From: a bacterium
Lineage (GTDB): Bacteria; SAR324; NAC60-12
Assembly (NCBI GenBank): GCA_965233585.1
Contig: CBDDTI010000742.1
Coordinates: 1 to 11,783, forward strand
Direction: 5' to 3'
DNA: 11,783 bases
Below, piece by piece: positions 1 to 10,200 of the stretch. The position numbers and the translations under genes were made by a program. The stretch's first letter is position 1. Each line of letters begins with the position of its first letter. The notes beneath the pieces are model-generated. The model was given only the letters and a program-made list of their open reading frames with translations, did no database searches and was not told the DNA's origin.

Positions 1-299
1 ACCCCACCCCTATTTCTGGACCATTCACAAAAAACCTTGGCCGTCGAAAGGTTATGCATCAAAATTGAAAATTTCTTCCTATCGCGAGATTTTCTCTGCA
101 CTCGACAAGAAAATGTCATTTTACGAACATCTGAAGGAAATTGGGCTCGAAAAAATGTTATTTCGAAAATTTACATATCCTTTCCGCGTCCGTAGCGTAT
201 TTTAGCGTAATGGCCGATTTTTCGAGTTCGACCTCCCCTAAATAGGCCCCAGAAGAGAAAATTCGGACTTATTTGATATTGAGGAACACTTCGTATGCC

Positions 300-424
300 G
301 ACCTCTCTTGCATAATTTTTTCGTAGCCCTGATGTCAGAAACAAGGATTCTATGGAGCGCCAAACGCGACTGAACATTTCAAAATCGCCGTGCATAAAAT
401 CCGGATTGGACCTCGGTTGCATAA
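300..424 (+). repeat. Internal direct repeat GACCTC-NN-TTGCATAA, two copies 109 bp apart in each monomer
   Basis: 300-315 GACCTCTCTTGCATAA versus 409-424 GACCTCGGTTGCATAA, 14/16 identical. Confidence 0.8.
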
Positions 425-458
425 AGTGCCGTCGTCGGTTTCGGGTTTTAGTGAAAAG

Positions 459-480
459 CGTCGTGGTTGGTATCATGGCG
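459..480 (+). other. GC-rich hairpin (9-bp stem with 3 G.T wobbles, 4-nt loop) in each monomer
   Basis: CGTCGTGGT-TGGT-ATCATGGCG. Pairs: 459/480 C-G, 460/479 G-C, 461/478 T.G, 462/477 C-G, 463/476 G.T, 464/475 T-A, 465/474 G-C, 466/473 G.T, 467/472 T-A. Confidence 0.6.
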
Positions 481-484
481 GATA

Positions 485-523
485 AGGGTCTAGTGCTCAG
501 TTTCGTATTAGTTGGTAGACCCT
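485..523. other. Perfect 8-bp inverted repeat with 23-nt spacer (stem-loop or cruciform potential) in each monomer
   Basis: AGGGTCTA (485-492) is the reverse complement of TAGACCCT (516-523). Confidence 0.7.
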
Positions 524-528
524 ATAAG

Positions 529-1239
529 TCTATATAAAATGAGTACAGGGCGTTGATTGGCGGCAATGTCTACATATTTAAGAAAACCCAGTGACTTCAA
601 CTTTTGCTGCAGGGGACTAAGTCGACCTTATTGCCTTATATCAATGATATTACGCTATTTCCTGAAGCCAAATTTATTGTTCTGTCTATATCAACACCAC
701 TTGAATCAATAGCAAACATTATCGATTTTATAGGAATTTTTGCGCGACCCCACCCCTATTTCTGGACCATTCACAAAAAACCTTGGCCGTCGAAAGGTTA
801 TGCATCAAAATTGAAAATTTCTTCCTATCGCGAGATTTTCTCTGCACTCGACAAGAAAATGTCATTTTACGAACATCTGAAGGAAATTGGGCTCGAAAAA
901 ATGTTATTTCGAAAATTTACATATCCTTTCCGCGTCCGTAGCGTATTTTAGCGTAATGGCCGATTTTTCGAGTTCGACCTCCCCTAAATAGGCCCCAGAA
1001 GAGAAAATTCGGACTTATTTGATATTGAGGAACACTTCGTATGCCGACCTCTCTTGCATAATTTTTTCGTAGCCCTGATGTCAGAAACAAGGATTCTATG
1101 GAGCGCCAAACGCGACTGAACATTTCAAAATCGCCGTGCATAAAATCCGGATTGGACCTCGGTTGCATAAAGTGCCGTCGTCGGTTTCGGGTTTTAGTGA
1201 AAAGCGTCGTGGTTGGTATCATGGCGGATAAGGGTCTAG
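529..1239 (+). mobile_element. Possible non-autonomous Helitron-like unit (5'-TC ... hairpin ... CTAG-3'), about 711 bp, repeated with a 35-bp linker
   Basis: 5' TCTATATAAAATG at 529; hairpin at 1205-1226; CTAG at 1236-1239 followed by T. There is no Rep/helicase ORF, and the base before TC is G rather than the canonical A. Based on terminal architecture only. Confidence 0.25.
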
Positions 1240-4200
1240 TGCTCAGTTTCGTATTAGTTGGTAGACCCTATAAGTCTATATAAAATGAGTACAGGGCGTT
1301 GATTGGCGGCAATGTCTACATATTTAAGAAAACCCAGTGACTTCAACTTTTGCTGCAGGGGACTAAGTCGACCTTATTGCCTTATATCAATGATATTACG
1401 CTATTTCCTGAAGCCAAATTTATTGTTCTGTCTATATCAACACCACTTGAATCAATAGCAAACATTATCGATTTTATAGGAATTTTTGCGCGACCCCACC
1501 CCTATTTCTGGACCATTCACAAAAAACCTTGGCCGTCGAAAGGTTATGCATCAAAATTGAAAATTTCTTCCTATCGCGAGATTTTCTCTGCACTCGACAA
1601 GAAAATGTCATTTTACGAACATCTGAAGGAAATTGGGCTCGAAAAAATGTTATTTCGAAAATTTACATATCCTTTCCGCGTCCGTAGCGTATTTTAGCGT
1701 AATGGCCGATTTTTCGAGTTCGACCTCCCCTAAATAGGCCCCAGAAGAGAAAATTCGGACTTATTTGATATTGAGGAACACTTCGTATGCCGACCTCTCT
1801 TGCATAATTTTTTCGTAGCCCTGATGTCAGAAACAAGGATTCTATGGAGCGCCAAACGCGACTGAACATTTCAAAATCGCCGTGCATAAAATCCGGATTG
1901 GACCTCGGTTGCATAAAGTGCCGTCGTCGGTTTCGGGTTTTAGTGAAAAGCGTCGTGGTTGGTATCATGGCGGATAAGGGTCTAGTGCTCAGTTTCGTAT
2001 TAGTTGGTAGACCCTATAAGTCTATATAAAATGAGTACAGGGCGTTGATTGGCGGCAATGTCTACATATTTAAGAAAACCCAGTGACTTCAACTTTTGCT
2101 GCAGGGGACTAAGTCGACCTTATTGCCTTATATCAATGATATTACGCTATTTCCTGAAGCCAAATTTATTGTTCTGTCTATATCAACACCACTTGAATCA
2201 ATAGCAAACATTATCGATTTAATAGGAATTTTTGCGCGACCCCACCCCTATTTCTGGACCATTCACAAAAAACCTTGGCCGTCGAAAGGTTATGCATCAA
2301 AATTGAAAATTTCTTCCTATCGCGAGATTTTCTCTGCACTCGACAAGAAAATGTCATTTTACGAACATCTGAAGGAAATTGGGCTCGAAAAAATGTTATT
2401 TCGAAAATTTACATATCCTTTCCGCGTCCGTAGCGTATTTTAGCGTAATGGCCGATTTTTCGAGTTCGACCTCCCCTAAATAGGCCCCAGAAGAGAAAAT
2501 TCGGACTTATTTGATATTGAGGAACACTTCGTATGCCGACCTCTCTTGCATAATTTTTTCGTAGCCCTGATGTCAGAAACAAGGATTCTATGGAGCGCCA
2601 AACGCGACTGAACATTTCAAAATCGCCGTGCATAAAATCCGGATTGGACCTCGGTTGCATAAAGTGCCGTCGTCGGTTTCGGGTTTTAGTGAAAAGCGTC
2701 GTGGTTGGTATCATGGCGGATAAGGGTCTAGTGCTCAGTTTCGTATTAGTTGGTAGACCCTATAAGTCTATATAAAATGAGTACAGGGCGTTGATTGGCG
2801 GCAATGTCTACATATTTAAGAAAACCCAGTGACTTCAACTTTTGCTGCAGGGGACTAAGTCGACCTTATTGCCTTATATCAATGATATTACGCTATTTCC
2901 TGAAGCCAAATTTATTGTTCTGTCTATATCAACACCACTTGAATCAATAGCAAACATTATCGATTTAATAGGAATTTTTGCGCGACCCCACCCCTATTTC
3001 TGGACCATTCACAAAAAACCTTGGCCGTCGAAAGGTTATGCATCAAAATTGAAAATTTCTTCCTATCGCGAGATTTTCTCTGCACTCGACAAGAAAATGT
3101 CATTTTACGAACATCTGAAGGAAATTGGGCTCGAAAAAATGTTATTTCGAAAATTTACATATCCTTTCCGCGTCCGTAGCGTATTTTAGCGTAATGGCCG
3201 ATTTTTCGAGTTCGACCTCCCCTAAATAGGCCCCAGAAGAGAAAATTCGGACTTATTTGATATTGAGGAACACTTCGTATGCCGACCTCTCTTGCATAAT
3301 TTTTTCGTAGCCCTGATGTCAGAAACAAGGATTCTATGGAGCGCCAAACGCGACTGAACATTTCAAAATCGCCGTGCATAAAATCCGGATTGGACCTCGG
3401 TTGCATAAAGTGCCGTCGTCGGTTTCGGGTTTTAGTGAAAAGCGTCGTGGTTGGTATCATGGCGGATAAGGGTCTAGTGCTCAGTTTCGTATTAGTTGGT
3501 AGACCCTATAAGTCTATATAAAATGAGTACAGGGCGTTGATTGGCGGCAATGTCTACATATTTAAGAAAACCCAGTGACTTCAACTTTTGCTGCAGGGGA
3601 CTAAGTCGACCTTATTGCCTTATATCAATGATATTACGCTATTTCCTGAAGCCAAATTTATTGTTCTGTCTATATCAACACCACTTGAATCAATAGCAAA
3701 CATTATCGATTTAATAGGAATTTTTGCGCGACCCCACCCCTATTTCTGGACCATTCACAAAAAACCTTGGCCGTCGAAAGGTTATGCATCAAAATTGAAA
3801 ATTTCTTCCTATCGCGAGATTTTCTCTGCACTCGACAAGAAAATGTCATTTTACGAACATCTGAAGGAAATTGGGCTCGAAAAAATGTTATTTCGAAAAT
3901 TTACATATCCTTTCCGCGTCCGTAGCGTATTTTAGCGTAATGGCCGATTTTTCGAGTTCGACCTCCCCTAAATAGGCCCCAGAAGAGAAAATTCGGACTT
4001 ATTTGATATTGAGGAACACTTCGTATGCCGACCTCTCTTGCATAATTTTTTCGTAGCCCTGATGTCAGAAACAAGGATTCTATGGAGCGCCAAACGCGAC
4101 TGAACATTTCAAAATCGCCGTGCATAAAATCCGGATTGGACCTCGGTTGCATAAAGTGCCGTCGTCGGTTTCGGGTTTTAGTGAAAAGCGTCGTGGTTGG

Positions 4201-7200
4201 TATCATGGCGGATAAGGGTCTAGTGCTCAGTTTCGTATTAGTTGGTAGACCCTATAAGTCTATATAAAATGAGTACAGGGCGTTGATTGGCGGCAATGTC
4301 TACATATTTAAGAAAACCCAGTGACTTCAACTTTTGCTGCAGGGGACTAAGTCGACCTTATTGCCTTATATCAATGATATTACGCTATTTCCTGAAGCCA
4401 AATTTATTGTTCTGTCTATATCAACACCACTTGAATCAATAGCAAACATTATCGATTTAATAGGAATTTTTGCGCGACCCCACCCCTATTTCTGGACCAT
4501 TCACAAAAAACCTTGGCCGTCGAAAGGTTATGCATCAAAATTGAAAATTTCTTCCTATCGCGAGATTTTCTCTGCACTCGACAAGAAAATGTCATTTTAC
4601 GAACATCTGAAGGAAATTGGGCTCGAAAAAATGTTATTTCGAAAATTTACATATCCTTTCCGCGTCCGTAGCGTATTTTAGCGTAATGGCCGATTTTTCG
4701 AGTTCGACCTCCCCTAAATAGGCCCCAGAAGAGAAAATTCGGACTTATTTGATATTGAGGAACACTTCGTATGCCGACCTCTCTTGCATAATTTTTTCGT
4801 AGCCCTGATGTCAGAAACAAGGATTCTATGGAGCGCCAAACGCGACTGAACATTTCAAAATCGCCGTGCATAAAATCCGGATTGGACCTCGGTTGCATAA
4901 AGTGCCGTCGTCGGTTTCGGGTTTTAGTGAAAAGCGTCGTGGTTGGTATCATGGCGGATAAGGGTCTAGTGCTCAGTTTCGTATTAGTTGGTAGACCCTA
5001 TAAGTCTATATAAAATGAGTACAGGGCGTTGATTGGCGGCAATGTCTACATATTTAAGAAAACCCAGTGACTTCAACTTTTGCTGCAGGGGACTAAGTCG
5101 ACCTTATTGCCTTATATCAATGATATTACGCTATTTCCTGAAGCCAAATTTATTGTTCTGTCTATATCAACACCACTTGAATCAATAGCAAACATTATCG
5201 ATTTAATAGGAATTTTTGCGCGACCCCACCCCTATTTCTGGACCATTCACAAAAAACCTTGGCCGTCGAAAGGTTATGCATCAAAATTGAAAATTTCTTC
5301 CTATCGCGAGATTTTCTCTGCACTCGACAAGAAAATGTCATTTTACGAACATCTGAAGGAAATTGGGCTCGAAAAAATGTTATTTCGAAAATTTACATAT
5401 CCTTTCCGCGTCCGTAGCGTATTTTAGCGTAATGGCCGATTTTTCGAGTTCGACCTCCCCTAAATAGGCCCCAGAAGAGAAAATTCGGACTTATTTGATA
5501 TTGAGGAACACTTCGTATGCCGACCTCTCTTGCATAATTTTTTCGTAGCCCTGATGTCAGAAACAAGGATTCTATGGAGCGCCAAACGCGACTGAACATT
5601 TCAAAATCGCCGTGCATAAAATCCGGATTGGACCTCGGTTGCATAAAGTGCCGTCGTCGGTTTCGGGTTTTAGTGAAAAGCGTCGTGGTTGGTATCATGG
5701 CGGATAAGGGTCTAGTGCTCAGTTTCGTATTAGTTGGTAGACCCTATAAGTCTATATAAAATGAGTACAGGGCGTTGATTGGCGGCAATGTCTACATATT
5801 TAAGAAAACCCAGTGACTTCAACTTTTGCTGCAGGGGACTAAGTCGACCTTATTGCCTTATATCAATGATATTACGCTATTTCCTGAAGCCAAATTTATT
5901 GTTCTGTCTATATCAACACCACTTGAATCAATAGCAAACATTATCGATTTAATAGGAATTTTTGCGCGACCCCACCCCTATTTCTGGACCATTCACAAAA
6001 AACCTTGGCCGTCGAAAGGTTATGCATCAAAATTGAAAATTTCTTCCTATCGCGAGATTTTCTCTGCACTCGACAAGAAAATGTCATTTTACGAACATCT
6101 GAAGGAAATTGGGCTCGAAAAAATGTTATTTCGAAAATTTACATATCCTTTCCGCGTCCGTAGCGTATTTTAGCGTAATGGCCGATTTTTCGAGTTCGAC
6201 CTCCCCTAAATAGGCCCCAGAAGAGAAAATTCGGACTTATTTGATATTGAGGAACACTTCGTATGCCGACCTCTCTTGCATAATTTTTTCGTAGCCCTGA
6301 TGTCAGAAACAAGGATTCTATGGAGCGCCAAACGCGACTGAACATTTCAAAATCGCCGTGCATAAAATCCGGATTGGACCTCGGTTGCATAAAGTGCCGT
6401 CGTCGGTTTCGGGTTTTAGTGAAAAGCGTCGTGGTTGGTATCATGGCGGATAAGGGTCTAGTGCTCAGTTTCGTATTAGTTGGTAGACCCTATAAGTCTA
6501 TATAAAATGAGTACAGGGCGTTGATTGGCGGCAATGTCTACATATTTAAGAAAACCCAGTGACTTCAACTTTTGCTGCAGGGGACTAAGTCGACCTTATT
6601 GCCTTATATCAATGATATTACGCTATTTCCTGAAGCCAAATTTATTGTTCTGTCTATATCAACACCACTTGAATCAATAGCAAACATTATCGATTTAATA
6701 GGAATTTTTGCGCGACCCCACCCCTATTTCTGGACCATTCACAAAAAACCTTGGCCGTCGAAAGGTTATGCATCAAAATTGAAAATTTCTTCCTATCGCG
6801 AGATTTTCTCTGCACTCGACAAGAAAATGTCATTTTACGAACATCTGAAGGAAATTGGGCTCGAAAAAATGTTATTTCGAAAATTTACATATCCTTTCCG
6901 CGTCCGTAGCGTATTTTAGCGTAATGGCCGATTTTTCGAGTTCGACCTCCCCTAAATAGGCCCCAGAAGAGAAAATTCGGACTTATTTGATATTGAGGAA
7001 CACTTCGTATGCCGACCTCTCTTGCATAATTTTTTCGTAGCCCTGATGTCAGAAACAAGGATTCTATGGAGCGCCAAACGCGACTGAACATTTCAAAATC
7101 GCCGTGCATAAAATCCGGATTGGACCTCGGTTGCATAAAGTGCCGTCGTCGGTTTCGGGTTTTAGTGAAAAGCGTCGTGGTTGGTATCATGGCGGATAAG

Positions 7201-10200
7201 GGTCTAGTGCTCAGTTTCGTATTAGTTGGTAGACCCTATAAGTCTATATAAAATGAGTACAGGGCGTTGATTGGCGGCAATGTCTACATATTTAAGAAAA
7301 CCCAGTGACTTCAACTTTTGCTGCAGGGGACTAAGTCGACCTTATTGCCTTATATCAATGATATTACGCTATTTCCTGAAGCCAAATTTATTGTTCTGTC
7401 TATATCAACACCACTTGAATCAATAGCAAACATTATCGATTTAATAGGAATTTTTGCGCGACCCCACCCCTATTTCTGGACCATTCACAAAAAACCTTGG
7501 CCGTCGAAAGGTTATGCATCAAAATTGAAAATTTCTTCCTATCGCGAGATTTTCTCTGCACTCGACAAGAAAATGTCATTTTACGAACATCTGAAGGAAA
7601 TTGGGCTCGAAAAAATGTTATTTCGAAAATTTACATATCCTTTCCGCGTCCGTAGCGTATTTTAGCGTAATGGCCGATTTTTCGAGTTCGACCTCCCCTA
7701 AATAGGCCCCAGAAGAGAAAATTCGGACTTATTTGATATTGAGGAACACTTCGTATGCCGACCTCTCTTGCATAATTTTTTCGTAGCCCTGATGTCAGAA
7801 ACAAGGATTCTATGGAGCGCCAAACGCGACTGAACATTTCAAAATCGCCGTGCATAAAATCCGGATTGGACCTCGGTTGCATAAAGTGCCGTCGTCGGTT
7901 TCGGGTTTTAGTGAAAAGCGTCGTGGTTGGTATCATGGCGGATAAGGGTCTAGTGCTCAGTTTCGTATTAGTTGGTAGACCCTATAAGTCTATATAAAAT
8001 GAGTACAGGGCGTTGATTGGCGGCAATGTCTACATATTTAAGAAAACCCAGTGACTTCAACTTTTGCTGCAGGGGACTAAGTCGACCTTATTGCCTTATA
8101 TCAATGATATTACGCTATTTCCTGAAGCCAAATTTATTGTTCTGTCTATATCAACACCACTTGAATCAATAGCAAACATTATCGATTTAATAGGAATTTT
8201 TGCGCGACCCCACCCCTATTTCTGGACCATTCACAAAAAACCTTGGCCGTCGAAAGGTTATGCATCAAAATTGAAAATTTCTTCCTATCGCGAGATTTTC
8301 TCTGCACTCGACAAGAAAATGTCATTTTACGAACATCTGAAGGAAATTGGGCTCGAAAAAATGTTATTTCGAAAATTTACATATCCTTTCCGCGTCCGTA
8401 GCGTATTTTAGCGTAATGGCCGATTTTTCGAGTTCGACCTCCCCTAAATAGGCCCCAGAAGAGAAAATTCGGACTTATTTGATATTGAGGAACACTTCGT
8501 ATGCCGACCTCTCTTGCATAATTTTTTCGTAGCCCTGATGTCAGAAACAAGGATTCTATGGAGCGCCAAACGCGACTGAACATTTCAAAATCGCCGTGCA
8601 TAAAATCCGGATTGGACCTCGGTTGCATAAAGTGCCGTCGTCGGTTTCGGGTTTTAGTGAAAAGCGTCGTGGTTGGTATCATGGCGGATAAGGGTCTAGT
8701 GCTCAGTTTCGTATTAGTTGGTAGACCCTATAAGTCTATATAAAATGAGTACAGGGCGTTGATTGGCGGCAATGTCTACATATTTAAGAAAACCCAGTGA
8801 CTTCAACTTTTGCTGCAGGGGACTAAGTCGACCTTATTGCCTTATATCAATGATATTACGCTATTTCCTGAAGCCAAATTTATTGTTCTGTCTATATCAA
8901 CACCACTTGAATCAATAGCAAACATTATCGATTTAATAGGAATTTTTGCGCGACCCCACCCCTATTTCTGGACCATTCACAAAAAACCTTGGCCGTCGAA
9001 AGGTTATGCATCAAAATTGAAAATTTCTTCCTATCGCGAGATTTTCTCTGCACTCGACAAGAAAATGTCATTTTACGAACATCTGAAGGAAATTGGGCTC
9101 GAAAAAATGTTATTTCGAAAATTTACATATCCTTTCCGCGTCCGTAGCGTATTTTAGCGTAATGGCCGATTTTTCGAGTTCGACCTCCCCTAAATAGGCC
9201 CCAGAAGAGAAAATTCGGACTTATTTGATATTGAGGAACACTTCGTATGCCGACCTCTCTTGCATAATTTTTTCGTAGCCCTGATGTCAGAAACAAGGAT
9301 TCTATGGAGCGCCAAACGCGACTGAACATTTCAAAATCGCCGTGCATAAAATCCGGATTGGACCTCGGTTGCATAAAGTGCCGTCGTCGGTTTCGGGTTT
9401 TAGTGAAAAGCGTCGTGGTTGGTATCATGGCGGATAAGGGTCTAGTGCTCAGTTTCGTATTAGTTGGTAGACCCTATAAGTCTATATAAAATGAGTACAG
9501 GGCGTTGATTGGCGGCAATGTCTACATATTTAAGAAAACCCAGTGACTTCAACTTTTGCTGCAGGGGACTAAGTCGACCTTATTGCCTTATATCAATGAT
9601 ATTACGCTATTTCCTGAAGCCAAATTTATTGTTCTGTCTATATCAACACCACTTGAATCAATAGCAAACATTATCGATTTAATAGGAATTTTTGCGCGAC
9701 CCCACCCCTATTTCTGGACCATTCACAAAAAACCTTGGCCGTCGAAAGGTTATGCATCAAAATTGAAAATTTCTTCCTATCGCGAGATTTTCTCTGCACT
9801 CGACAAGAAAATGTCATTTTACGAACATCTGAAGGAAATTGGGCTCGAAAAACTGTTATTTCGAAAATTTACATATCCTTTCCGCGTCCGTAGCGTATTT
9901 TAGCGTAATGGCCGATTTTTCGAGTTCGACCTCCCCTAAATAGGCCCCAGAAGAGAAAATTCGGACTTATTTGATATTGAGGAACACTTCGTATGCCGAC
10001 CTCTCTTGCATAATTTTTTCGTAGCCCTGATGTCAGAAACAAGGATTCTATGGAGCGCCAAACGCGACTGAACATTTCAAAATCGCCGTGCATAAAATCC
10101 GGATTGGACCTCGGTTGCATAAAGTGCCGTCGTCGGTTTCGGGTTTTAGTGAAAAGCGTCGTGGTTGGTATCATGGCGGATAAGGGTCTAGTGCTCAGTT

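Larger units (their letters stand above)
1..746. repeat. Reference monomer (phase arbitrary), about 41% GC, rich in A/T tracts and short palindromes
   Basis: Hand count gives about 307 G+C in 746 bp and about 42 CpG. Restriction palindromes include NsiI 54-59, NruI 82-87, BstBI 162-167, BspEI 400-405, PstI 607-612, SalI 621-626 and ClaI 721-726. Confidence 0.97.

Noticed and set aside
203..235. Pol III A-box (TAGCGTAATGG) plus B-box-like GAGTTCGACCT, suggesting a tRNA or SINE
   Set aside because: The boxes are only about 11 nt apart (a tRNA needs about 30 or more), and there is no cloverleaf or acceptor stem.
329..342. CTGATG..GAAAC resembling a hammerhead ribozyme core (retrozyme or viroid-like monomer)
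   Set aside because: The core reads CTGATGT rather than CTGANGA, and there is no stem II. I found no CTGANGA on either strand and no consistent rod-like pairing register in the monomer.
430..446. CENP-B-box-like GTCG-N4-T-N2-CGGG
   Set aside because: It matches 7 of 9 essential positions (TTCG-N4-A-N2-CGGG). Two required bases differ, and such matches are common in CpG-rich DNA.
171..476. 101-aa minus-strand ORF
   Set aside because: No recognisable family. It overlaps both other ORFs in antisense, and copy 16 has four amino-acid changes from five substitutions, so there is no sign of constraint.
352..537. 61-aa plus-strand ORF with CxxC
   Set aside because: It is short, and a single CxxC does not make a zinc finger. 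An ORF of this length is expected by chance.
463..556. Kinetoplast minicircle idea: GTGGTTGGTATC (CSB-3-like) and AGGGCGTT (CSB-1-like), with a suitable unit size
   Set aside because: Only 9/12 identity to the near-invariant GGGGTTGGTGTA, the blocks are in the wrong order, and there is no CSB-2.
645..653. TGATATTAC, one base from the geminivirus nonamer TAATATTAC
   Set aside because: It is not presented in the loop of a flanking stem. It overlaps one arm of a separate small palindrome (638-650).
652..691. ACGCTATT...TTCTGTCTATAT resembling the trypanosomatid spliced-leader exon
   Set aside because: The spacing is about 9 nt too long, there is no TTG|GT donor, and there is no downstream poly-T terminator.
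604..951. 115-aa plus-strand ORF repeated in every unit
   Set aside because: It has a TTG start, no evident RBS or Kozak context and no recognisable domain. All three variants in it are non-synonymous (F/L, M/L, I/F). Its recurrence only reflects the repeat.
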